A stretch of DNA of 64,000 bases from Lytechinus pictus (GCF_037042905.1 NC_087250.1:20896001-20960000), one strand, 5' to 3'; shown: positions 26,301 through 39,507, numbered from the stretch's first letter. Numbers and translations are program-made. Notes: generated by a model not told the origin, from the sequence alone.

Positions 26301-28754
26301 AGTGCGAGCGGAATGTACGTATCAAGGTAAAAATAAAAAAAAATATGTAAATATACATGGAACATGAATATTGACAGTTTGTACGTCAATTGCTGTTAGT
26401 TGAAACATGGACCTATTACGAATGGACATTCAACGAGAGCATTTTCCTTTTTCCAGCTGTCAAAATTGCTGTCACACAGTTGACTTTCTCTTTGCGCTTT
26501 TTTTGCGACGAGCGCCCGGGGCGGTTGTGTACTCAATCCCTTCTCGGACATTGACAGTCACCGCCCGATCTCTGGCCCTCTTTCGACCAGATGCGGTCAT
26601 GTAAGCTCGATTGCTGCGATCAGGGAAAGTCCCTGCATTACCTGTAATGCAATGCGCAATTTATTTCCGGTTTTCAATATATTATTTCACGCTGTCAATA
26701 CTGTGCAATTGTCGTCTGATCATCACAAAAATCCTATTAAATTTCGCCAATCCTCTATAATTTTACGCCCAAACGAAAATCAACTTGTGACCGAAGGTAA
26801 GCGCTACTATCGACATGATTACTGTCCGGAAAAGATGCATTTTAAACGTTTTTTCGCACATTTTTCCGTCAAATTTCAACTGCTTTTTTGCCGTAGATAT
26901 AATGATCTGCAAGGTGATGCCAATGCATTTCATGTGCGGTTGTTTGCGATGTATGTAAAAACTACGTTTATGCATGCCTGTTTTCTTGTTTCTGCAATCA
27001 TTTTCATAGCGCTAACGTTCGCTGCTGTGCGTTGCTTTTGATAAAGTGAACGAACAACATCGCAATGGGTAGGAGCAGCGTACAATTGATTTCCGCTGTC
27101 CATCAGTGATAGCGTGTTTTACGATCGGCTTGATGGGCGTCAGCTGCCAGCGCTCTGTTTATAAAAGAATTAGCGGTGACGGCCTTTGGCCCAAAGGAGT
27201 AGATTCGTTGAATGTCCATTTGTGATAAGTCAATGGTTGAAATATTATTAATTTCTGGATTTCTTCATTTCCCAAACCCCTGTCTGGAAAATGTCAAAAT
27301 ATATCGGAACTTTCCGCTAACAGTGTACGTGAAAACATACTGCGGGAACCAGTTGAAAGGTTACATGCATGAGTAAGATAATAGACCAAGAAAAATGGAA
27401 ATCTTTGGTCTGCCAAAATTTGGAATCAAATTTAAAACTAAATTTTCCTTTAAGTGCATCAAATCGGCAATTGCTTAGTAGTAATTTTTATTTGTAAAAT
27501 ATGTTCTAGTTTAAGAATTGTTAGTCTATTAATCTTTATTTATCCATATCTTACAGGGCAATTTTTCTTATAGAATTTTTTAAATGTTAGTTAAAAAAAA
27601 AAAGCTACTACATTCAGTTGACATTCTTTAAGTTGGTGTTTGGATATTTCTGGATATTTCTGGATGGAAACGGTCGTTAAATTACATAATCGATCACATG
27701 ATATTTGCTATTATGTGTTGTGTACACAAAATAACCCCAGATATAACTACCTGCTTCAACTTACATTCCAGGAAAAATAAGATTTTACTTCGAACAAATT
27801 GCAATGCATATATATTTTCACTGCAGTGCATTTCTCATGAATAATGATGATAATATTGATGATGAAAATTACAACACTAATAATTATTTTTCTAACTAAT
27901 TAACAGAGAGGGGGAAGAAAGAGAGGGGTGCAAATGTGGATCATCATTCGTAAAAGTGTTTTGAGGTGATGTTGAAACACTTTTGGAGATCTAAAGCAAT
28001 TTTCGGATTTACTGGAACGGTATAACAATTTTTATCATTGGCGTTTTCATTTTTATTCTAATTAAGGATTTATTTCTCCCTGACCATGTGGAATTACCAC
28101 TATTTTATCATCATGTGCCCCCCCCCCCCTCCGAGGAACTTACAAATTTTCAAATTTGATTCTGTGTGACCTAAACGGTTATCATGTTTTCAAAATCAAA
28201 CCAAAATAAGAAGTTTCTTTTCGTTTGTCCAATCAATTTCATTTTTGTTTTCTTACGATTTACATATTAATTCCTAATTTTTTAAATATAAAATGTAGTA
28301 ATCAATAATATCAATATTAATAATAATAATAATAATGTTAATAATGATAATAATGCAATAATAATAATGATGATAATAATAATGATAATAATGATTATGG
28401 TCCCCAACAAAATAAATGACAAATAAACATAACAAACAAATAAATAAATGACATTGGCCCACAGAATTTGAAAGGAAATGAATTAAGCTGATGAACTGTA
28501 AATGCTATGGAAACTGTAACTATGTTTTTTTTTTATAATTTGGGAGAGGGGATGGAAGAAAGAAGAGTAAAGGGGGGGGGGTACAAATATGGATCATTAT
28601 CTGGAAACAGAGTTTGTTTGGGTGACGTTGCAACCGCGTGGGTGATATAAATAATTTTCTGGTTTCATGGAATTGTTTAACAATTTTCTTCAGTTTCAGG
28701 AATTGTTTTTCACATCACAGCCATGAAGAGAATGGTAACACATGTTATAAGAGA

Positions 28755-29320
28755 AAATTGCCCAGAAAATAATCGGTCTTGAATTACCCCCAATTGAAAC
28801 TCTGTACAACGAGAGATTACTGGCTAAAGTTCAGGCTATCTTAAAAGATCCATCTCACCCTCTACACTGCTATTATAACTTCAATAGGTCTGGGCCCCGT
28901 TGTACAAAGAGTTACGATTGATCCAATCAATCGTAACTCTATGGAAATCCATAAGTGTCATAATTTTTTCTACAGGAAATGTGCAAAATGTCCTTTGTAA
29001 TCAAAGGAGAACACCCCAAATTGTCAAGAAATCAATGAATTTATGGATATGCATTCATATCTAGAATTTTTTTTGAACAAACATGCATTTCATATGTTGA
29101 CGTTGCTGGCTTTCCATAGTTGCGATTGATCGGATCAATCGTAACTCTTTGTACAACGGGGCCCTGGTGTACGCCTCTGTGTCTCCCGTACTAACAGAGT
29201 ACGTTTTAGGCAGTCATTTCAATTCTCAACATGTGTTTAATAGTACAGTTATCAGATAGAATGGGGAATTGCACTTAGCTTACTATGAAACCCGACCCCT
29301 TTTAATACTTGTTCACCTTT
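28755..29320 (+). mobile_element. 3' fragment of a non-LTR retrotransposon (L2/Crack/Rex-like), interrupted by a MITE at 28893-29163
   Basis: Translates ILKDPSHPLH...RSGVRLCVSRTNRVRFRQSF once the MITE (TIR GGCCCCGTTGTACAAAGAGTTACGATTGATCC, CTG TSD) is removed. Confidence 0.7.
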
Positions 29321-29322
29321 TA

Positions 29323-29738
29323 AGGCGACCGCACACCTTACGACTGGTCTGCGACCCGATTTTGGAACAAATCGCATTTTGCTCATTTTCTGAAGATGTG
29401 AATGGAACATATCATTTTATTTGAGGTTAAAATGAATTGAAATAATAATTTCATAACAATTTTGAATGATTGCAAGCCCTTATTTTGGAGGAAAGTCCAA
29501 ATTAGTTTCAAATCGTAGCCAATCGTAAGACTGCTATGACGTCATTACGACTAGATATTAAATTCGCTTTTATTCTAAGAAGGATGATAGCATAGTCACA
29601 AATTTGATCATAGGTATTCGTACGATGATTTTGAACATTACACAGTAAGATATTCCAAGTCTCAATATTAGCATCAAATTCTATTACATTTTATTCTGAA
29701 ATCGGGTCGCAGACCAGTCGTAAGGTGTGCGGTGGCCT
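29323..29738. mobile_element. PIF/Harbinger-like MITE
   Basis: ~40-bp TIR AGGC(G/C)ACCGCACACCTTACGACTGGTCTGCGACCCGATTT; TTA TSD. Confidence 0.85.
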
Positions 29739-29824
29739 TTATTTACCTTCTCGCAATACTCATTCTACCCCCCCCCCCTCCCTCTGTATTCGGGCTGGAG
29801 ATGGAATCACAAACCAGTTAATAC

Positions 29825-30960
29825 TTTTTTTTCATAACTTCATATACATATAACAAACATAATCATTATACATTATACATATTGTATACAAAATGAAATA
29901 AAATACAAAACAAAGCATGATAAAAAAGGAAATAAGATAACATTTCAGGATTGAATGGTTATGACATCACATTTAATTTCGTTTTCCATCAAGCTGCCCA
30001 AACTATTATATGAATGAGGGATGTAGAATTTTCCATTTTTCTTTTCAAACTTAGATAATTGTTTATTCTGAATGCCAATTTGTTTTTCTAGTTTGTATAT
30101 TCGTTTCAGCTTTACAAAGAACAAATCAAAAGACGGTAAAATATTCAAATGTCTGCATGTATATATCATTTGTTTAGCTACAACTAAGCATTGATTCAAA
30201 AGTAATTTATGTGGTCTTCCATCTGATATACCAAACAATATATCTTTACCATTTAGTTGTAAATTAATATTAAATTTTGTTTACCACCCTTTCAAAAACT
30301 CTTCCCAAAAGGTACATGCATGCTGACATTCTGTAAAAAGATACTCTGTTGTTTCCGCCTCTTGTTTACAAAAGCTGCATAATTCAGATTCTACAATTTT
30401 CATTTTATATAATTTTTTATATAAGGAGTGTTCTTGTTTTTATTTTATTTTGAAAAGTTCTACTCTTAGTATCCATTAGAAACACAAAAGGCATTTTATA
30501 TATAATCTTCCATATATCTTTTTCTATATTATATTTATTGTTCCAGTAAATTTCTGATATTGGAGCCTCAAAAAGTTTGCTTTTCAAAATTAAATTGATA
30601 TTCTGTGTTGTCAACTTCATAAGTCTACATCTTTGTCTTTGAAATTACATACAAGTTTTAAGTCTGTTAACTCTCCTTGATTATGAAGACATCTGATCTT
30701 CAATTCTTTTGGAATGGCCGAAACAATTAAACACCATTTAATATAAAATTTCTTTTCCACTCCTCTTTTCATCCATATATTGAAATCTATAAGTTTACCT
30801 TCACCGTCATATAAGTCTGAGATGTACCATAAACCAGCTATAAAAAAAATCTTTAACAAACAAAGGTTTACCTCCTACTATAACACTTTCATTGTTCCAT
30901 ATAATTGTTTTAAAGATAAGATGAATATCAAGGTTTTTTAAGGAAGACAACCAATTAATA
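29825..30960 (-). mobile_element. L1/Tx1-clade LINE 3' fragment
   Basis: Frameshifted ORF2 C-terminus with zinc-binding CSFCKQEAETTEYLFTEC..FW and 'AKQMIYTCR'; T-run (poly-A on minus) at ~29825. Confidence 0.8.
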
Positions 30961-31160
30961 CTTGAATAATTAATCAATTTATATATCTGGAATTGTACTT
31001 ATTCTATTATATTTGAAATCACCATATACGGCATTTTGTATGTGTATGTAATCTCACAGTATTGTAAGTCTATTCATTCTGTGTATGTGCATAAGTATTT
31101 GTAATTTTGTAAACCCGATGTGAAAGGAATTTCCTACACAGGACAATAAATACATTCAAG

Positions 31161-31611
31161 CAAAGATACTACAAGGGGGAGATCGGACAGTACATAGACC
31201 GCGTAATGAAACACTCGGGAAGAGCGCCCTACAGCGTTGAGTAAGTAACGACCCTTTTTTACCTTTGCGTAATGCGAGATGGTTGTGTATAAAACATATG
31301 AGAGAAATGGTGAAGGGGTGAAGGAAGAGACGATTTTTACATTTTAAATTCCCCCCCCCCCCTTAATTCTGAGATGAATTATTTCAGAGATTTCTTGGTA
31401 ATAAAATGTGGAATTATTCCCATGTGCCACCCTTTAGCTCTCTCCAAACTCCCCTCTCTCATTTACCCCATATGTTTTATACAGAGTTGCGTGCCGATAT
31501 GCGAAGGTTTACTTACTTAACGCTGTTGGGCGCCCTTCCCCTTAAGCATTTATCGAGCGTTTCAAATAATCGTCGAAGTGTCCGATCTTCCCCTCGTACG
31601 TAGTATCTTTG
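31161..31611. mobile_element. P-like MITE (CA termini, 7-bp TSD); left-end fragments at ~34053 and ~36425
   Basis: TIR CAAAGATACTAC..GGGG(G/A)AGATCGGACA; TSD ATTCAAG. Confidence 0.8.
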
Positions 31612-31630
31612 ATTCAAGTTATTTCAAAAG

Positions 31631-31695
31631 AGACCATAGAAACAATTGGTTCTGGTCTGTCAAAATTAGCATTCAGTAAAAATAAAAAATTACCT
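31631..31695 (-). ncRNA. Candidate Sm-class small RNA
   Basis: AAUUUUGA (31667-31660) followed by AGACCAGAA...UUCUAUGGUCU hairpin. Confidence 0.3.
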
Positions 31696-34600
31696 AGAAG
31701 GGGCATAAGCTCGACATATTAATCAATAAGTAAATTTTATTCTAGTTTATAAAATGTTCGTTTGTAAACAAAAAAATATTTATATTTTTTAGTGCAATAT
31801 TTCATTATAATTTTTTTTTTAAGATTAAAAAAGAAAAAAACATTTCGTTAAAAGCATTTTCAAAAAATTGGTGGGTGGACATAATAAAAAGCGTATTGAT
31901 TGTAATGTAATCGATTATATAATTATTTGCTGTCTGTAATTAATGGGTAAAATAAGAAAGCCGTTTCGCTGAATTAGGCTTCGTACAAAGGTGTCAACTT
32001 GTTACTGTGCCAACACTAGTCTTTTTACTTTTGTTGATGTTCTTAGTTGAGGTTTTCTGTTATGTATAAGCGTTTGGAGTGTATTATTTTACTGTATTCA
32101 TGGTATGTGTATTACATGTACTGAGTGTATGTAAATATTGTATATATGTTGATATTTTCATGAATAAAATTATTGAAAGAAAAAAAATTACTTTGTGTTG
32201 CTGTGTCCTGTCCTATCATAAACAGTACCGAAGTGTGACGTCAAGATATCATGACAACGAACCGGCTGGTTCTAAGCTTAGTGTCAGCTGCACGATCGTT
32301 TATACACATTTTTATTTTGTGAAAACAGTCATGAATATTCATTAGGTGGGATGATGATGTCACATCCCCACTCTCCTTTTTCTTACGTTATGACATGAAC
32401 TCATAATTTTTTTGATTTTTTCATCCATTTGTAAATGATGTGTCTCCATTATGATAGAATAAGTTGCGGCAATAAATAACAAATGCACTTAATCAGTTGT
32501 CAATCCGATTGTTATAGTTCTTGGTAGAAATTTTTTGAATAAACCTAATTTCAGATAATAAAATGCAAAAGAACAAGTTTGGATATGACATCATCAGCCC
32601 ACCTAATGAATATTAATAATGACATGCCTAGAACTGTTTCGCCGGAAAAATGCAAATCTTTAAAAATCAATATTTCTGATTCAATTCAATATTTCTGATC
32701 TGATTTTGATCCAATTTTCAACACTTTTTGAATTTTACTCTATTTATTGAGATATCAATTACGTCAGCCTGGACCATCCTGTTGATTGTAATTATCTGAA
32801 TTTTCTGCATTGTTTTTTTCATTCTCGAACTTTTCCTGTAAAAGAGTAAAAATTTACCGATTTCCCGCACTGCGAAAAGAGTTGAAACATACTGTGGGAT
32901 CCAGAGAGAAGTTTACAAGAATGAAGGTTTAAGGATTTATAGACCAAAAGTGTCATGACTTTTTTTTTTCTTTCAATAATTTTATTCATCAAAATATCAA
33001 CATAATTATATACAATATTTACATACACTCAGTACATGTAATATACATACCATGCATACAGTAAAATACTACACTCCAAAACGCTTATACATAACAGGAA
33101 ACTTTACCTAAGAACATCAACAAAAGTAAACCGTCAAGTGTAAAACCACCACGGTAACAAGTTGGCACCTTTGTACGAAGCCTAATTCGACGAAAAGGCC
33201 TTCTTCCCCCCCCCCCCCAACCATTACTCTAAGCAGGGACGTCCCTGCTCGAAGCCATGTGATGTACTCACTCCCTTTAAAACTATCCGCTTATAAACCA
33301 AGGCTTGCGCACTTGCCATTCTCTAAAATGTATTACTTTCCCTTTAAACACATTGAAATTTTAGCAAATATTACTTCTACTTGGAAAAGAGGCTTGGGCT
33401 TATCAGTATATTTTATTTATAAAATATAATCTAGTTTAAAATTATTGCCCATAATTTTTTTTCTACATTTTACAGGGCACAATTGAAAAAAATAATATTC
33501 TTTTGATATGTAAGTGGTAAAAATATATACAATACACTTAAATAACTTTCTATAAATTGGTGTTTGGGTATTTATGCATGGAAACGGTTATCGACAGTCG
33601 TATAATCGATCACATGATATTTCCTATCTTTATTTTGTGTTTTCTTATCACAAATAACCGCCTAGATAGCTCTTTGCTTTAACACTCCAGGGTAAATAAG
33701 ATTTTACCCCGAAAAGAAAGCGATTCGTATATATTTTCACTGCAATATATTTCTATTGAATAATGGTAATAATAACGATGACTGTAATGATATTTATATT
33801 TTTTTAACTAATGTAAGAGAGTTTTGGAAGAGAGAGTGAGATAAGGAGATAAGGTGGAATTTGGATCGTTATTCGTAAAAAGAGCATGTTTGGGTGACGT
33901 TGAAATACTACCCTGAAAATGTAAAGCTATTTTTTTTCATGTCTTTTTTATTTTCACAACAAAGCTATGAAGTGAATGACAGCGAGCTGTATTTGAATCA
34001 AGAACGATGTTATGTTAAATACATGGTTTGCAACTAAATAAATAAATTAAGTCAAAGATACTACTAGGGTAAGATCGGACGGTACATAGACCGCGTACTG
34101 AAACGCTCGGGAAGAGCGCCCCCACAGCGTTGATTAAGTAACGACCTTTAATTTACCTTTGCATATCGCGATATACCTCAAGAGGTGTTCGTGTACGTTC
34201 CAGTCCACTTCACCACCTACCCGAACAACAAGGTGGTGAACTCGCTCTGATACTCCGAGTGACAAAGGTGTGATTTTATGGGGGGGGGGGGGGGGGGGGT
34301 ATAAAACTCATGCACCAAGACGATCTTTAAAAAGAATTAAAAATACGTATCTTCTTACTTTCATTTCTCTTTCACTCCATATCCATCCTCCAGTTAGTCT
34401 CTAAATTGATGATTTAGAGCCAGTATCGGGTTCCTCACACGTATTGATTCACTGCCGATTCCAAAACATCTTAAACGCATATATGCGCATGCGCTGAAAT
34501 CCGGCACAAATTATGAATATTCATGAGAGGTCGAGATCTGTGCGAAAAACCAAGGAGCTTCCAACACAAAACTACCCCGATCTACAATAGTCAAATAAAA

Positions 34601-35114
34601 AGATATTAAAAAAGCTGAAGCGTATTGAAAAAGTCTGAAATAGAAAGAGCTCCCATACTTTTTTGTACAGAGGAAAGCCAAATATAAGCTGAAATTCAGC
34701 TGAAAATCAATACAAAAATATCTGATATCAAATAAAAATCTGAACTCTCGCACGCCTGAATAGTCCTATCATGAATATTCATAAATTGAGCTGCGATTTC
34801 CTTGCTTGAGGTGAAATCTACACAATGCTAAAGAAAGATAGGAAATAATTATGTAATCGATTGTGTATAAATTATGTTTAAAATCAACGACTCCGAATAA
34901 GTAGTAAGCAATAATCCAAAATTTGTATGAAATATTTTTATGAACTAGTGCGTTCCATTTGTAATATTAATTGTTAAAAAAACCAAACCTTCTCCCTAAA
35001 AGATACGTTCAATAAAAAATAATAATTAAATAAAAGTTCTATGACTAAGAATATCAGCTAGAAAATATTTTACAAACTTGATATACTAGCATGTGCTCAA
35101 TACCCAAAGTATTG

Positions 35115-35175
35115 ATTTGAATATATTTTAACAACATAGAATTTTGATGGCCCGAAACATTAGTTTCTATGGGTT
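35115..35175 (+). ncRNA. Candidate Sm-class small RNA, inverted module; paralogue at ~37495-37556
   Basis: AAUUUUGA (35140-35147; 37521-37528) followed by GGCCCGAAAC...GUUUCUAUGGGUU, versus GGCUCGAAAC...GUUUCUAUGAGCU in the paralogue (compensatory C-G/U-A change). Confidence 0.33.
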
Positions 35176-37875
35176 GATTGATACTCAAGTTTAATTTAGA
35201 AAGTCAAAAAGGGGCCTAAGCTTTCGATCCTAGCAGAATCTTCGTCGATAAAGTCCATCAGTCTGCATGAGCAAGATTTATCCAAGTCCTCTCGTTGCTG
35301 AATTCATGTCCCTGCAAAATCTCGTAAATTGTGAGACTTTCCTTTCTCAAAGAAGTTTTTTTTCTTTTCTTTCAATAATTTTATTCATCAAAATATCAAC
35401 ATATATACAATATTTACATACACTCAGTACATGTAATATACATACCATGCATACAGTAAAATACTACACTCCAAACGCTTATACATAACAGGAAACTTTA
35501 CCTAAGAACATCAACAAAAGTAAACCGTCAAGTGTAAAACCACCACGGTAACAAGTTGGCACCTTTGTACGAAGCCTAATTCGACGAAAAGGCCTTCTCC
35601 CCCCCCCCCCAACCATTCCCTGCTCGAAGCCATGTGATGTACTCACTCCCTTTAAAACTACCCGCTTATAAAGCAAGGCTTGCGCACTTGCCATTCTCTA
35701 AAATGTATTACTTTCCCTTTAAACACATTGAAATTTTAGCAAATATTACTTCTACTTGGAAAAGAGGCTTGGGCTTATCAGTATATTTTATTTATTAAAA
35801 ATAATCTAGTTTAAAATTATTGCCCATGATTTTTTTTCTACATTTTACAGGGCACAATTGAAAAAAATAATATTCTTTTTATATGTAAGTGGTAAAAATA
35901 TATACAATACACTTAAATAACTTTCTATAAATTGGTGTTTGGGTATTTATGCATGGAAACGGTTATCGACAGTCGTATAATCGATCACATGATATTTCCT
36001 ATCTTTATTTTGTGTTTTCTTATCACAAATAATCGCCTAGATAGCTCTTTGCATTAACACTCCAGGGTAAATAAGATTTTACCCCGAAAAGAAAGCGATT
36101 CGTATATATTTTCACTGCAATATATTTCTATTGAATAATGGTAATAATAACGATGACTGTAATGATATATATTCTTTTAACTAATGTAAGAGTGTATTGG
36201 AAGAGAGAGTGAGATAAGAAGATAGGGTGGAATTTGGATCGTTATTCGTAAAAAGAGCATGTTTGGGTGACGTTGAAATACTACTCTGAAAATGTAAAGC
36301 TATTTTTTTTTATGTCTTTTCATTTTTACAACAAAGCTATGAAGTGAATGGCAGCGAGCGGTATTTGAATCAAGAACGATGTTATGTTAAATTCATGGTT
36401 TGCAACTAAATAAATAAATTAAGTCAAAGATACTACTAGGGTAAGATCGGACGGTACATAGACCGCGTAATGAAACGCTCGGGAAGAGCGCCCCCACAGC
36501 GTTGATTAAGTAACGACCTTTAATTTGCCTTTGCATATCGCGATATACCTCAATAGGTGTTCGTGTAAGTTCCAGTCCACTTCACCACTTACCCGAACAA
36601 CAAGGTGGTGAACTCGCTCTGATACTCCGAGTGACAAAGGTGGGATTTTATGGGGGGGGGGGGGGGGTATAAAACTCACGCACCAACACGATCTTTAAAA
36701 AGAATTAAAAATACGTATCTTCTTACTTTCATTTCTCTTTCACTCCATATCCATCCTCTGGTTAGTCTCTAAATTGATGATTTAGAGCCAGTATCGGGTT
36801 CCTCACACGTATTGATTCACTGCCGATTCCAAAACATCTTAAACGCATATATGCGCATGCGCTGAAATCCGGCACAAATTATGAATATTCATGAGAGGTC
36901 GAGATCTGTGCGAAAAACCAAGGAGCTTCCAACACAAAACTACCCCGATCTACAATAGTCAAATAAAAAGATATGAAAAGAGCTGAAGCGTATTGAAAAA
37001 GTCTGAAATAGAATGAGCTCCCATACTTTTTTGTACAGAGGAAAGCCAAATATAAGCTGAAATTCAGCTGAAAATCAATTAAAAAAAATCTGATATCAGA
37101 TAAAAATTTGAACTCTCGCACGCCTGAATAGTCCTATCATGAATATTCATAAATTGAGCTGCGACTTCCTTGCTTGAGGTGAAATCTACACAAGACTAAA
37201 GAAAGATAGGAAATAATTATGTAATCGATTGCGTATAAGATTATGTTTAAAAGCAACGACTCCGAATAAGTAGTAAGCAATAATTCCAAATTAACATTAG
37301 CAATTGTATGAAATATTTTTATGAACTAGTGCATTTAATTTGTAATATTAATTGTTAAATAAACCAAACCTTCCCCCTAAAAGATACTTTCAATAAAAAA
37401 TAATAATTAAATAAAAGTTCTATGACTAAGAATATCAACTAGAAAATATTTTACAAACTTGATATACTAAAATGTGCTCACTATATATGGTTTTAATTTG
37501 ATTAGATTTTAACAAAATAAAATTTTGATGGCTCGAAACATTAGTTTCTATGAGCTGATTGATACTCATGTTTAATTTAAGATCATGTACATCAGTCTGC
37601 AAGCCCCTGTGCAAATGAGCAAATGAGTAAGATTTATCCAAGTCCTCTCGTTACTGAATTCATGTCTCTGCAAGATCTCGTGAATTGTACGTGAGACTTT
37701 CTTTCTCAAAGAATTTTTTTTTTCTTTCAATAGTTTTATTCATCAAAATATCAACATAATTATATACAATATTTACATACACTCAGTACATGTAATATAC
37801 ATACCATGCATTCAGTAAAATAATACACTCCAAACGCTTATACATAACATACAACTTTAACTTTCTTTATGCCAT

Positions 37876-38095
37876 TGTTATGTTATGTTATATCGAGGTT
37901 TTTTACCTGACTGCTAAGAAAGCACGAATGCATGTGAGCAAGCAACCAGGGGACCGACAGCTTAAGGTCCTCTCCGAGGGACCTGGTAATGAGGATACAT
38001 GCCTTACCAAAGGGCACTAGCGCACCACTTGGGAATCGAACCCGGGTCACCGGAATCCGAAACCCCCGCTCTACCGACTGAGCTATCGCGCCTCC
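37876..38095 (-). mobile_element. tRNA-derived SINE
   Basis: Minus strand GGAGGCGCGA-TAGCTCAGTCGG (A box)...GGTTCGATTCC (B box), body 'gtgccctttggtaaggca', (ATAAC)n tail. Confidence 0.88.
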
Positions 38096-39127
38096 ACTCT
38101 TTCAACCCTTAGTCTGTTAAAAGTTGTACTTAGTCTTAAGAAGTAGTTATTTCATATTAATATGTAATTTAATGGTGAAAATAATGTGTAATCAAATTTG
38201 TAACATTACAATTGTAAACTTCATGTAATTCAGCTTTTGGGCTGCGATGTGTTGCTTTTGCCAATAAATACAATTTTACTACTACTTTACTACTACTACT
38301 TAACTAAGCACATCAACAAAAGTAAACAGTCGAGTGTAAAACCACCACGGTAACAAGTTGGCACCTTTGTACGAAGCCTAATTCAACGAAAAGGCCCTCC
38401 CCCCCCCCCCCACCGTTACTCTAGGCCATGTGATGTACTCACTCCCTTTAAAACTACCCGCTTTTGAATCAAGGCTTGCACACTTGCCATTCTCTAAAAT
38501 TTATCACTTTCCCTTTAAACCCAAAGCCCCGGCCAGGACTGCCAAGGATAATGGGCCATTCAGCCAATTATGGGACATTCTTGAAATTTCTGAGATGCCA
38601 TAAAAACACATTGTGAGGTCATGATAACTCACACAAAGTATATTCTAACTTTACCCTCTTCTATTGAACATAATCTTGACACTTTACCCACAGCTTTTCA
38701 AACTGTCTCCTAGTTACTCTTGTTAAAATCTATCTCTATTCTTACTCTTATCTCATTTTTAATTCTCAAAATTAACCCGTCATCTGTTTTTCTTTCCTTC
38801 GAAAACAAAAACCCGCATCGCTTAGCCCAAATAGCATTTTTTACAACAAACCAGGTTCGAGGCCAAGTGACCACATTCAAATTTAAATTAGGGAATCCAT
38901 AAACAAACAATGATTTAACTAATGCGTGATCAAAACCTATAAATGACGATTTGCAAAATCTTCGACCCAGTCAAGAATTTCACTCAAAGACTTACATTCC
39001 CAGAACACATGAGATATATTTTCTAGTTTCCTACAAAATGGGCATTTCCCATTTGTCACTCCCCATTTGAGAAGTTTCTCACCAACTCCCAACGCCCCAT
39101 GGGACACCTTCCAACAAAATGATCTTA

Positions 39128-39507
39128 TACCCCTTTCATAAACCCAATTATGCGGCTAATAGCAGCATAATTTGGTCGTAAAATCGGAGGACGACCAGAG
39201 TTATCCGTATTATTTTGATGCTGCAATTATCCGCATAATAGCAGCATCGGGACAATATTTTGAGTTTATGAACGTATATCCAAATAATGCGGATAATTGC
39301 CATGGTGCGGTCACAAGGTCACCCTTTTCCAACACAACCGCATCGGAGGGGGCATGTCCAGTTGTCATGACGATTATCCGCCTTCTTTAGGACGGGCGCT
39401 CGTAAAAATAATGCGGATAATTTTCGGAGTTTGTGAACGCAATTTTTATTGAATTATCCGCATTACTATTAGGCGGCTAATTGGAGGATAGGTTTATGAA
39501 AGGGGTA
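39128..39507. mobile_element. PIF/Harbinger-like MITE
   Basis: TIR TACCCCTTTCATAAACC; TTA TSD. Confidence 0.82.

Larger units (their letters stand above)
32960..38520. repeat. ~2.4 kb tandem duplication (32960-35350, 35355-37710, partial third copy from 37712), each copy starting with the same LINE 3' end
   Basis: Colinear high identity; each block begins 'tttttctttcaataattttattcatcaaaatatcaac'. Confidence 0.9.

Noticed and set aside
38020..38095. tRNA gene (also ~45350-45975, ~59807)
   Set aside because: A and B boxes run into SINE bodies and tails; no complete cloverleaf or terminator.
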